64,000 nt of DNA from positions 96,001 through 160,000 of the forward strand of contig CAWGSK010000011.1 in the NCBI GenBank assembly GCA_963825055.1, given 5' to 3'. Position 1 is the first letter of the stretch, and every line of letters starts with the position of its first letter. The stretch comes from an uncultured Gemmatimonadales bacterium (GTDB taxonomy: Bacteria; Gemmatimonadota; Gemmatimonadetes; Gemmatimonadales; GWC2-71-9). Position numbers and translations under genes: made by a program. Below are positions 43,158 through 51,818 of the stretch, in pieces. A model generated the notes under the pieces. The model searched no databases. It worked only from the letters and a program-made list of their open reading frames with translations, and had not been told where the DNA came from.

Positions 43158-44333
43158 TCAGTTGAACAGGATGCTTTCCACGAAGGTTTCGAGCTGAAGC
43201 TGCAGCTGGTCGAAGCCAGACATCTTCTCCTCGAACTCCGTGATGAAGTAGGGAATCCCCTCTCCGTCCAGGGCCTTGGCGTAGGCCACCTGCTCGTCCA
43301 GCCCCGGTTCGCACATCTTGGCCGCGGCCAGGATGGCTGCCTCCGCCTGTGCGCCCCGCAGGCGCCGCAGGAGCATCTCCTCCTTGGGCTTCCGCGTGTC
43401 GTGCTGCACCGGGCTGTACGAGGATCCCTCCAGGTAGGCCGTCGCCAGGGCGCCCAGGGGATCGCCGTCGGGATGCACATCATCGATCAGGAACCGCAGG
43501 CCGATCAGCAGGTCGTCATCGACCACGTAGCACGACTGGCTGATCATCGACAGCAGGTCCAGCGGCGGCTGCTCACAGAACCCGCCCTCCAACACGACCC
43601 GGATGCGGTCCTGCTGACGGGCCGTCCGCGCCCGCAGCTGCGGGAGGAGCGACCGGAGCAGGAGATTGTGTTCCTCCCGGGGAATGAGCCCGCCGATCGA
43701 GACGAGGACGTAGGCCTGGTCCACGGGAAGCAGCCACGGCGTCTCCCGCTTGATGGCGTACAGGTCGCGGATCAGGCGGCGGTTCTCGTTGAAGACGGCG
43801 ATCGCCCGGCGCAGGTCGTCCCCGCTCGCCCGGCGTCCGGCCACGGCCTCGAGGTCCTGCAGGACGCGAGCATACTCCTGCCGGAGGTAGGTCGGCGCCC
43901 CGGACGAGTTGGGATTCTGCGGCAGGTAGAGGATCTGCGCCGGGTAGGTGAAGTTCCGCGACCAGACACCGGCGAGGTTCCGCGCTGCGTCGCAGATCGG
44001 GTGCGTCACGAAGAAGTCGAGCGGCAGGCGCCCGTCCAGGGCCACCTCCAGCGAACTGCGGAGGATGGAGCAGAGATAGGAGCCGAAATGGGAGTCGGCC
44101 TGCCGCATTTCGACCGGGGCGCCCCGCACCTTCACCGGCAGCATGCCGACGGCGTGCGCGAGTTCCTCCGGGAAGTACACCTGGAAGTGCCCCAGGACCT
44201 TCCCGCCCCGCTCCTTCCACGCATGAACGGTCGGGAACTCCGGATCCTCCACCAGGTCGCGGCAGGCACCCAGTGCGGCATCGAGGGGCAGCGCCGCCAC
44301 CGCGGCCACGTCAAACACAGTCGTGGTGCTCAT
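43158..44333 (-). CDS. bcrC: Benzoyl-CoA reductase subunit C
   Basis: SYLCSILRS, ICDAARNL, FNENRRL, PREEHN, GGFCEQPPL, CYVVDDD, KMCEP, ETFVESI; resembles Thauera BcrC as recalled. Confidence 0.87.
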   Translation of the reverse strand: MSTTTVFDVAAVAALPLDAALGACRDLVEDPEFPTVHAWKERGGKVLGHFQVYFPEELAHAVGMLPVKVRGAPVEMRQADSHFGSYLCSILRSSLEVALDGRLPLDFFVTHPICDAARNLAGVWSRNFTYPAQILYLPQNPNSSGAPTYLRQEYARVLQDLEAVAGRRASGDDLRRAIAVFNENRRLIRDLYAIKRETPWLLPVDQAYVLVSIGGLIPREEHNLLLRSLLPQLRARTARQQDRIRVVLEGGFCEQPPLDLLSMISQSCYVVDDDLLIGLRFLIDDVHPDGDPLGALATAYLEGSSYSPVQHDTRKPKEEMLLRRLRGAQAEAAILAAAKMCEPGLDEQVAYAKALDGEGIPYFITEFEEKMSGFDQLQLQLETFVESILFN

Positions 44334-45097
44334 CCCGCCTCCTTCCATGCGGGAGCGCGTTTCTCCAGAAACGCTGCCAGCCCCTCCCGGGTATCGTCCA
44401 GTTCCATCAGTTCGTTCCGGTAGATCGCCTCCGCCCCGGCCAGGGCCCCGGAAAGGGAAAGCTCCAGCCCGGCATCCACCGCCCGCTTGGCGACGCGGAG
44501 GGCGGGCCCGCTCAACGCGAGCAGGTCCTGCACATAGGCGTCGGCCTTCGCGGCAAAGTCGTCCGCCGGCCAGGCCTGGGTCGCGAGGCCCAGCCGGGCC
44601 GCTTCCTCCCCGGTCAGCGTGCGGCCCGTCAGTATCAGGTCGAGGGCGCGCTGGCGACCGACCATGCGGGGGAGCAGCGCGGCGGCGAGTGGCGGGAACA
44701 CCGCCAGCCGGATCTCGGGAAGGCCCAGTTTCGCGTCGGCGCGGGCGAGAACGATGTCGCAGGCCAGTGCCAGCTCGCATCCGCCGCCCAGGGCGGCACC
44801 CTGGACGACCGCCACGGTCGGCATGTCCAGGGCCATGATGACACCGACCACCTGGTGGAACGCCTCGAGCATCCGCCCGACCCGCTCCGGCGTGTGGTCG
44901 GCGACGTCCACCCCGGCGGAAAACGCCTTCCCCGCGCCGGTGATGGTGAGCACACGGATCGCGCGGTCATTTACCACGGTTCGCAGGCAGGCCGTCACGG
45001 CCTCCAGGGTTTCGATGTCGAGCACGTTGACCGGCGGGCGGTCCAGCACCAGCCGACCCAGCCCCCCGTCATGCTCGAGCCGAACGTTCGCGCTCAC
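44330..45097 (-). CDS. dch: Enoyl-CoA hydratase, probably cyclohexa-1,5-diene-1-carbonyl-CoA hydratase
   Basis: LDRPPVNVLD, AFSAGVDVADH, ALGGGCELA, GLPEIRLAVFPP, YRNELM..D..EGLAAFLEKR; operon context. Confidence 0.82.
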   Translation of the reverse strand: MSANVRLEHDGGLGRLVLDRPPVNVLDIETLEAVTACLRTVVNDRAIRVLTITGAGKAFSAGVDVADHTPERVGRMLEAFHQVVGVIMALDMPTVAVVQGAALGGGCELALACDIVLARADAKLGLPEIRLAVFPPLAAALLPRMVGRQRALDLILTGRTLTGEEAARLGLATQAWPADDFAAKADAYVQDLLALSGPALRVAKRAVDAGLELSLSGALAGAEAIYRNELMELDDTREGLAAFLEKRAPAWKEAG

Positions 45098-46194
45098 GGG
45101 AGGGCCGGCACGGCGTCCTGGGCCATGGAGGCTCCACAGGAACCGCAGAAGGCGAACCCCGTGGGAATCCCCTGCGCGCCGCACGCGGTGCAGTCGGCCT
45201 CGTAGGGACCCCAGACGAATTCGCTCGATCCGCCCGCCGCCGCGCGTTCGCGCAACTCGAGGTAGCGGGCCGGGCGCTTCTCGACGAACGCCCGCATCCC
45301 CTCCCAGGGCTCGAACGTGGTGTAATGGGTGGAGAGCCAGTCGCGCGCATGGCCGATGGTCTGGTGCCAGGCGAGTTCCTTCCAGAAGTTCACCTGCTGC
45401 TTGGTGTAGCGCTGGCACTCGGGGAACTGCTGCAGCAGCTGGCGTACCAGGTCTGCCACGGCCTCGTCCAGCTTCGCGAGGCTGATGCCGTACCCGTCCG
45501 TGCCCTTCTCCGCCTTCCTGATCTCCTCCGGCGTGGCGCCGGTGATGAACTCCCCGTTCCGTGTCACTGACGGCGCCACCCGGTTGACCAGCCCCCACTC
45601 CAGCGCCTGCGGGGCGCTCACCCGGTTGTTGAGCAGCAGCATCTCACGGGCACGGCGGTCGCCGATATGAATCGGGAGCCACTGGGTCGCCCCCCCGGCA
45701 GCGACGCTGCCGACCCGGGTTCCCACCTGGCTGATCCAGGCATGCTCTGCGATGACGGCAAGGTCGCACGCGAGCTGCGACTCGTTGCCCCCACCCACCG
45801 CCATGCCGTTGATCCGCGCGATCACGGGCTTGCCGGCGTTGACGAGCGACTCGATCCAGGCGCGGAAGAGGCCCATGTACTTCCAGTAATCGCGCGGCCG
45901 GGCGGTGTAGGCCTCTTCGTATTCCTTTACGTCGCCGCCGGTGCAGAAGGCCCGGTGCCCGCTGCCCGTCACCACGATGACGCCGACGGTATCATCGAAC
46001 GCGGCGTCCTGGACCGCCGTGGCGAGCTCGCGCAGGGCGCGCGTGCTGTAGGCGTTGTAGTTGTGCGGACGGTTGATAGTCACGGTCGCGACCCAGTCCG
46101 CCTTCCGGTACTCGATCTCGGCAAAGCCGAAGGAGGCAGGGTCGCGGGATTCGAACTCACGCATGGGCGGATCCTCCGGGGCGGGACGGACCAT
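45094..46194 (-). CDS. oah: 6-oxocyclohex-1-ene-1-carbonyl-CoA hydrolase (ring-opening crotonase) with a C-terminal Zn ribbon
   Basis: YNAYST, AFCTGGDVKEY..Y..P.DY..YM.LF, GSVAAGGAT, LDEAV..L..FPEC, ARDWL; tail CTAC-x11-CGSC. Alternative start at 46164. Confidence 0.82.
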   Translation of the reverse strand: MVRPAPEDPPMREFESRDPASFGFAEIEYRKADWVATVTINRPHNYNAYSTRALRELATAVQDAAFDDTVGVIVVTGSGHRAFCTGGDVKEYEEAYTARPRDYWKYMGLFRAWIESLVNAGKPVIARINGMAVGGGNESQLACDLAVIAEHAWISQVGTRVGSVAAGGATQWLPIHIGDRRAREMLLLNNRVSAPQALEWGLVNRVAPSVTRNGEFITGATPEEIRKAEKGTDGYGISLAKLDEAVADLVRQLLQQFPECQRYTKQQVNFWKELAWHQTIGHARDWLSTHYTTFEPWEGMRAFVEKRPARYLELRERAAAGGSSEFVWGPYEADCTACGAQGIPTGFAFCGSCGASMAQDAVPALP

Positions 46195-47087
46195 CAGGCC
46201 GCGTCCAGGGCGGCGTCCCCCTCGCGGCAGACCTCCGCGACGTACCGCTCCGCCGGTTCGGCAAGCACGTCGTGGTAGGTCTCGAAGAGCTTCGCGGCAG
46301 CCTCGCCGTTCCACCCATCGGGCAGCAGGGGACGGGGAAGGAATGGATCATCCATCGGGAAGGCGCGATACTCGTGCACCAGCAGGAAGCGACGCCGGAA
46401 GCAATCGGCCGGCGCGGTACACGGGCTGTGGATACCGGCGCGCGCGCCGGAGAGTCCGCACTGCCGGCAGTGCTCCAGGGCCGCGCGCCAGTGGTCCAGG
46501 AATGCGGCGTAGCGCCGGTTCAGCGCCGCCAGGTCCCAGCACTGCCTCACCAGGGCCGCCGCGTCGGCAAAGCCCTCGTGCGAGCCGCGGAACAGCTCGA
46601 GATGTTTCTCGACCTTGAGGTCGGTGGCGATAGCGCGAACCTCGGCCCGGACATCATGGGGCGAGATCCATACGCCGTTCGAGAGGGAACCGAAGCCGAG
46701 CCAGGCGAGGCGCGTACGGAGGGAGTCGCGGCGGCGGCGGCGCGATTCGGGGATCGAGAACGTCACGACCGACCACTGCCCGTCCCAGGCCTCGTGGGCC
46801 GAAGGGTGGTAGATCCGCTCCCGGCCCGACTCGAGGAGTGCCCGGCCCTTGCGGGTAAGTCCGTAGGCGCTCCGGGTTCCGTACCGCTCGACCGTGAGCC
46901 AGCCCTTCCGCGCCATGCGCGACAGGACCGTACGCGTTGCCGTGTCAGACAGGCCGAGGCCACCCAGCAGCGTGATGAGCGCGCCGGTCGAGACCGGCTC
47001 ATCCCGCCCGAGGAGATAGTCCCCGTAGAGGGTGAACACCAGGTCCTGCGAACGCGGGCTCGACGGGGCGACGGCTGATTGTTTCAT
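46194..47087 (-). CDS. paaX: PaaX-family transcriptional repressor with a Cys-rich insertion
   Basis: SQDLVFTLYGDY, RTVLSRMARKGWL, WDGQW, RDSLRTRLAWLGFGSLSNGVWISP, CWDLAAL, LVHEYRAFPMDDPFLPRPLLPDGWNG. Confidence 0.9.
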   Translation of the reverse strand: MKQSAVAPSSPRSQDLVFTLYGDYLLGRDEPVSTGALITLLGGLGLSDTATRTVLSRMARKGWLTVERYGTRSAYGLTRKGRALLESGRERIYHPSAHEAWDGQWSVVTFSIPESRRRRRDSLRTRLAWLGFGSLSNGVWISPHDVRAEVRAIATDLKVEKHLELFRGSHEGFADAAALVRQCWDLAALNRRYAAFLDHWRAALEHCRQCGLSGARAGIHSPCTAPADCFRRRFLLVHEYRAFPMDDPFLPRPLLPDGWNGEAAAKLFETYHDVLAEPAERYVAEVCREGDAALDAA

Positions 47088-47137
47088 TTTGTGGACGCTC
47101 GTCCAGGGACAGCTATATAGCACTATTGCTACGACCG

Positions 47138-47166
47138 AGAATATAGTGACATATTAGCTCTGTCAA
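47138..47166 (-). promoter_or_regulatory. sigma70 promoter of the paaX-bcr operon, overlapped by a TGACA-N9-TGTCA palindrome
   Basis: Minus strand TTGACA (47166-47161), 17 nt spacer, TATTCT (47143-47138); palindrome at 47147-47165; AT-rich island in a GC-rich background. Confidence 0.75.
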
Positions 47167-47217
47167 GAGCGGCCGGCCCGGGCGCCGTGCCAGCGGTACC
47201 GTCATGGAGGGAGTGTC

Positions 47218-47670
47218 ATGTCGCTGTATTTCGAGGACTTCACCGTCGGTCGTGAGTTCACGTCTCCCCCGGTCCAAGTGACCGACGAGGATATCCGTCG
47301 CTTCGCTGACCTGTCCGGCGACCACAATTCGCTCCACCTGGACCCTGAGGCCGCACGCGCCGCGGGCTTTCCCGGCACGGTGGCCCATGGCGTGCTCGGC
47401 ATCGCCCTGGCCACGGGCCTGGCCAGCCGGATGGAGTTGACGCGGCGGTCCCTGGTGGCCCTGGTCGGGATCACGTGGCGGTTTCGCATGCCGGTATTTC
47501 CCGGGGACCGGCTCACGCTTCACCTCCGGGTGGCTGCCCGCCGTCCCACCAGCCGAGCCGGCACGGGAGTGGTCACCCTCGCCGCCGAGTTGCGCAACCA
47601 GCGGGGCGAGGTGGCGCAGGAGGGGGAATTCCGGGAACTGCTCCGGGAGCGCACAACCCGCACTTCGTGA
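47218..47670 (+). CDS. MaoC/PaaZ-like (R)-specific enoyl-CoA hydratase
   Basis: LYFEDFTVG, FADLSGDHNSLHLD, VAHG, WRFRMPVFPGD; RBS GGAGGG. Confidence 0.9.
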   Translation: MSLYFEDFTVGREFTSPPVQVTDEDIRRFADLSGDHNSLHLDPEAARAAGFPGTVAHGVLGIALATGLASRMELTRRSLVALVGITWRFRMPVFPGDRLTLHLRVAARRPTSRAGTGVVTLAAELRNQRGEVAQEGEFRELLRERTTRTS

Positions 47671-47748
47671 AGCCGCCCCGCGTCCCACCCGCAGTGGCGT
47701 TCCCCGGACACCGCGCTTCAGCCACGATGCCCGGGGGAGCAGGTCACC

Positions 47749-48132
47749 TCAGTCCAGCAGTTCCCGGGGCACATTGCCGCCGTTGGAGGCAATCCTGGCG
47801 AGCACCATCTTGTGCAGCCACATGTTCATCGTGGCCGAATCCTTCATCAACTCCGGCGGACAGCCCATTTCCTTCGCCAGCTCCTGCCGCGCCTCGTAGC
47901 TGCTGTCCATGTCGAGCAGCTTGAGCAGGTCCACGATGGAGGTCCGCCAGTTCAGTTTCTGGGGCGTGTGCGCCGCCCGCTCCTCCAACTGCGAGACGAC
48001 ATCCACCAGCGGCACCGTCCGGGGGCGCGACGGTTCTGCCGGGGCCGTTGCCGTCGTCCCCGCGGGAGGGGCGACGGCATCGTCCTTCTTCTCCAGGCCC
48101 AGCTTGCCGAGAATCTTGTCGAATAGTCCCAT
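47749..48132 (-). CDS. DUF3597-family protein
   Basis: MGLFDKIL..., KLNWRTSIVDLLKLLDMDSSYEARQELAKE, DSATMNMWLHK, NGGNVP. Confidence 0.85.
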   Translation of the reverse strand: MGLFDKILGKLGLEKKDDAVAPPAGTTATAPAEPSRPRTVPLVDVVSQLEERAAHTPQKLNWRTSIVDLLKLLDMDSSYEARQELAKEMGCPPELMKDSATMNMWLHKMVLARIASNGGNVPRELLD

Positions 48133-48300
48133 GGAACTCTCCCAGGTGTCGTTGCGAATGGCCCGCCGGCCCGCACGGCCGGCCAACCCTTTCCAGCGAA
48201 CGATACCGGCCGCGGCCCCGGATCACCGTGACCTGGATTCCCTCCTCCGGGCGGGGGCCTCGTTTGCTCGACACGTGATGCCCGGCGATCTTTCCCGGTC

Positions 48301-48999
48301 ATGACACAGCGACGCTACAGCCAAGAAGAAGTCGCCGCGATCTTCGAGCGGGCGGCCGAGGCGCAGCACACCACCCGGCGGGCCCTTCCACCTGGCGAGG
48401 GCATGACGCTGGCGGACCTGCAGGAGATCGGCAGCGAGGTCGGCATTCCGGCGGAACTGGTGGCGGAGGCGGCCCGACGCCTCGACCACCCAATGCAGCC
48501 CGAGTCGCGCCGGTTTCTGGGCCTGCCCGTCGGGGTCGGGCGGACGGTCGAACTCGACCGCAGGCTCACGGAAGGGGAATGGGAGCAGCTTGTCGTGGAC
48601 TTGCGCGAGACGTTCGATGCGAAGGGGCGGGTGAGTTCCGAGGGCTCGTTCCGGCAGTGGACGAACGGCAACCTGCAGGTGCTGGTCGAACCGACGGGCA
48701 CCGGCCATCGTGTCCGGATGCGCACGCTTCACGGCAACGCACGCGGCATGATGATGGGAGGCATAACGATGGCAGGGCTGGCAGCTGTGCTGTCGGGCGT
48801 CACCGTCCTGACCGGCACCCCGGCCACCGACCCCTCGTCGCTCGCGGTCCTGGCCAGCCTCGGGGCCGTGCTCCTGGGGGGCGGTGCGGTGCGGATACCG
48901 GGCTGGGCGCGCCGGCGGCGGCGGCAGATGGACGCCATCGCGGCGCGAATTGAACGGCTGGCATTGGCCCCTCCGGCTGAAACTGACCGCGGCATCTGA
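48301..48999 (+). CDS. Hypothetical membrane protein
   Basis: RRYSQEEVAAIFERAAE, GMTLADLQEIGSEVGI; two C-terminal TM segments. Confidence 0.75.
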   Translation: MTQRRYSQEEVAAIFERAAEAQHTTRRALPPGEGMTLADLQEIGSEVGIPAELVAEAARRLDHPMQPESRRFLGLPVGVGRTVELDRRLTEGEWEQLVVDLRETFDAKGRVSSEGSFRQWTNGNLQVLVEPTGTGHRVRMRTLHGNARGMMMGGITMAGLAAVLSGVTVLTGTPATDPSSLAVLASLGAVLLGGGAVRIPGWARRRRRQMDAIAARIERLALAPPAETDRGI

Positions 49000-49026
49000 G
49001 GAGAGTCGCCAACTCCGGGGGTGGAC

Positions 49027-49574
49027 ATGGAACCGATCCTGAACCGCGACCTCCTGCGGACAACGACTGCTTCGGGTGCGGCCTGGAAAATCCTGCCGGC
49101 CTTCGCATCGAGGTGCGGCGCAACCCCGAGGCGGCAGACCGGCTGGTGGCGAGCTTAACCCCCGCGGCGCACATGGTCGGCTTTGCGGGCATCACGCATG
49201 GCGGAATCCTCTACAGCGCGCTCGATTGCCTTTCCACCTGGACCGCAACGCTGCTGGGGCCCAACCGCCACGCCGGCTGGCTGCTGCGAAGCGCGCGGAC
49301 GACGTATCACCGCCCGGCTCACATCGGAAAGCCGTTGAGACTGCATGGATGGATTACGGAGTGCGGCGGGGAATGGGGTCCTGCCATGGTGCACACCGAG
49401 GCCCGGTCGGAAGCCGGCGAGTTGTGCGTCGAGGCGGATTTCAAGGTGGTGCCGCCGGCCTCGGAAAAGCTGGCGCGCGTGGCCGGCCACGAGACGTTAC
49501 CGGAGAACTGGCGCGACTTCCTCTCCTCCGGCGCCCGACCAACCGTCAGAACCCAGCCACCGATCGAGGGGTGA
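49027..49574 (+). CDS. PaaI-family (hotdog) thioesterase; frameshift near the 5' end
   Basis: DNDCFGCGLENPAGLRI and GFAGITHGGILYSALD; ATG 49027 is out of frame with the body. Confidence 0.8.
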
Positions 49575-49608
49575 AACAAGAACCCCCGGCGCAGCTGCGT
49601 CGGGGGTG

Positions 49609-49660
49609 TCGGGAAGATACTAACCCTCAAGCACTAATCACGACCCACTAAATCACCAGT
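49609..49660 (+). repeat. Dispersed ~50 bp repeat, copy A
   Basis: tcgggaagat..aagcactaatcac..cactaaatcaccag matches 53984-54033 (about 44/51 positions by eye); preceded by a hairpin at 49582-49607. Confidence 0.75.
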
Positions 49661-49662
49661 CA

Positions 49663-50790
49663 CTATCCCCCCGCCGTCGCCATCTCCGTCTCCATCTCCA
49701 CATCGTCCGGCATCATGCCCTCGCCGAGCTGCCGCAGTACCCTCAGGTGCGACCGCACGGCACCAAGGAAGGTCTCGTTCTCGTGATACGGCATCCCGTG
49801 CTTGAGGGCCACGGAACGGACGATTTCGGAAATTTCGGGATAATGAACGCTGCAGACCCTGGGGAAGAGATGGTGCTCGATCTGGTAGTTCAGGCCGCCG
49901 ACATACCAGGTAAGGAGACGGTTCTTGCGGCCGAAGTTGGCGGTCGTTTCCATCTCGTGCACCATCCACGCCTGTTCCATGTTGCCAGCCTCGTCCGGGG
50001 TGGGGTGGGCGGTTTGCTCCACCACATGCGCGAGCTGGAAGACGATACCGAGAATCAGGCCCGCCGTCAGGTGCATGGCGAGCCATCCCACAAGCACCTG
50101 CCACCATGCCACGTTCAGGACCAGCATCGGGATCGCCAGCGACCATCCGTAGTAGAGGGCCTTGAACCCGATGAGAATGGCGACTTCGCTCCGGGGGTGC
50201 CGTTCCGAGTGGTACGGGCCGCCATCCGAGCGCAGGAAATACTTGAAGTCCTTGATCGTCACCCATACCAAGGTCGAGAGGCTGTAGGCGGCAAGCGCGT
50301 ACCACTGCTGGTAGCGGTGGATGGGGCGGTACGCTGAGCGGGGAGAGAGGCGCAGGTATGGGGAGACTTCGAGGTCGCCGTCCACTCCCTGGATGTTCGT
50401 GTAGGTGTGGTGGACGATGTTGTGCGTCATCTTCCACATGTAGCCGTTGGCGCCGAGGATGTCGAACGAAAAGCCGAGCAGGCGGTTGATCCAGGGTTTG
50501 CTCGAGTAGGCACCGTGCAGCGCGTCGTGGGCCACCGCGAAGCCGATGCCCGCCATCCCCACGCCCATCACCAGGCACAGGCCAAGCATCCCGAGGGGAG
50601 AAAAGAGCCCGGACAGAATGAGGGCGTACGCTCCGAAAAACACGGTGAAAAGCGACACGGTCTTGGTGACCATCCGCCAGTCACCCCTGGTGCGCCCCCC
50701 AAGGGCCTCGAAATGAAGCGCGACCTGCTGCTTCATCTCCCTCATGAATTCTGCGGGATTCCGGTTGGGAAATCGGGCAGTGGTAGCCAT
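49663..50790 (-). CDS. Membrane fatty-acid (acyl-CoA/acyl-lipid) desaturase
   Basis: Three His boxes HDALH, HNIVHHTYTN and QIEHHLFP; FQLAHVVE. Confidence 0.93.
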   Translation of the reverse strand: MATTARFPNRNPAEFMREMKQQVALHFEALGGRTRGDWRMVTKTVSLFTVFFGAYALILSGLFSPLGMLGLCLVMGVGMAGIGFAVAHDALHGAYSSKPWINRLLGFSFDILGANGYMWKMTHNIVHHTYTNIQGVDGDLEVSPYLRLSPRSAYRPIHRYQQWYALAAYSLSTLVWVTIKDFKYFLRSDGGPYHSERHPRSEVAILIGFKALYYGWSLAIPMLVLNVAWWQVLVGWLAMHLTAGLILGIVFQLAHVVEQTAHPTPDEAGNMEQAWMVHEMETTANFGRKNRLLTWYVGGLNYQIEHHLFPRVCSVHYPEISEIVRSVALKHGMPYHENETFLGAVRSHLRVLRQLGEGMMPDDVEMETEMATAGG

Positions 50791-51255
50791 GTGTTCGGTT
50801 CGCCTGTGGGACATGGCCTGAGATGCACAATGCCCGGTGGTAGAGGAGTGCCGGCAGTATACCGACACGCGGTTAAAGATAGCATGCAGTACGCCGATTT
50901 GAAGGCGTCTCTCGTCGCGGTGCAGTGGTGGCGAGCTTCACACTATGACGACAACCCATTACGCTCTCATGCGTTATGGCAACAGCCCGTAAAGACAGCT
51001 CCACCCGTTTCGATAAATTCGCCGGCTCCTTAAGCGCTGATGGAGCGGTTGCTGGACAAACTGGAGAACCATCCTTCAGCACACGCAGGGGGACAACCCT
51101 CCAGGCTTCGGCCATGCGTTCAACCTCAGTTACGGTCGGCACTTCACCACGGCGGGCCGCGCCTGGCCGTCCCGCGGGTGGCCTGTGACGAGGCCACTGC
51201 CTGCCGGGACCGGGAGGACCGGGGCCTTGTCTGGCCGCCTGGCCGGGGTTGGCCA

Positions 51256-51284
51256 TTGTGCAAAGGGGCTGGGGTTGCTATCTT
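51256..51284 (+). promoter_or_regulatory. Putative sigma70 promoter for cspA, implying a long 5' UTR
   Basis: TTGTGC-17 nt-TATCTT with an extended -10 TGn, about 225 nt upstream of the cspA ATG. Confidence 0.5.
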
Positions 51285-51509
51285 GATGTCGCGACCGCAC
51301 CCATCCGGGTGCACAGTTTCCAGCGGACACAGGCGGAGGGCTGGCACACGCCGGCCCTCTTTTGTATTCGGATCGCAACCGGCCTCGGACAAATGTTCCG
51401 AGCCGTGGAAACGAGGCCCTGTCGTGAGGCCGAGGTCACGACGCACAGTAGTCGGCACGTACGGCATACGACCGCACTCCGATTACAACACACCAAGGAG
51501 CAGGTCAGT

Positions 51510-51722
51510 ATGCGTACCACCGGCACCGTGAAGTGGTTCAACGACGCGAAGGGTTTCGGGTTCATCACGCCCGAGGACGGCCAGAAGGACTGTTTCGTCC
51601 ATCATTCGGCGATCCAGGCCCAGGGCTTCAAGTCCCTCACCGAGGGCGAGCGCGTCGAGTTCGACATCGTCCAGGGCCAGAAGGGCCCCGCGGCGGAGAA
51701 CGTCGTTCGTCTGGGCGCCTGA
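51510..51722 (+). CDS. cspA: Cold-shock protein
   Basis: [56 protein letters not shown]. Confidence 0.97.
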   Translation: MRTTGTVKWFNDAKGFGFITPEDGQKDCFVHHSAIQAQGFKSLTEGERVEFDIVQGQKGPAAENVVRLGA

Positions 51723-51818
51723 GCGTTCCCGCTCACTCGTCAGTCGCATGACGATGCAGGCCGGCTCGCCCATCGGGCGGGCCGGCCTCATCATTTGGAC
51801 CGTGCATTGGGAGGTAAC

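Noticed and set aside
40222..44333. 2-hydroxyacyl-CoA dehydratase (amino-acid fermentation) instead of BCR
   Set aside because: Two distinct activase subunits plus flanking oah, dch and had, and BcrB/C-like motifs, favour benzoyl-CoA reductase.
50873..51256. ORFs between the desaturase and cspA
   Set aside because: No motif, RBS or typical codon pattern; probably divergent promoter or UTR sequence.
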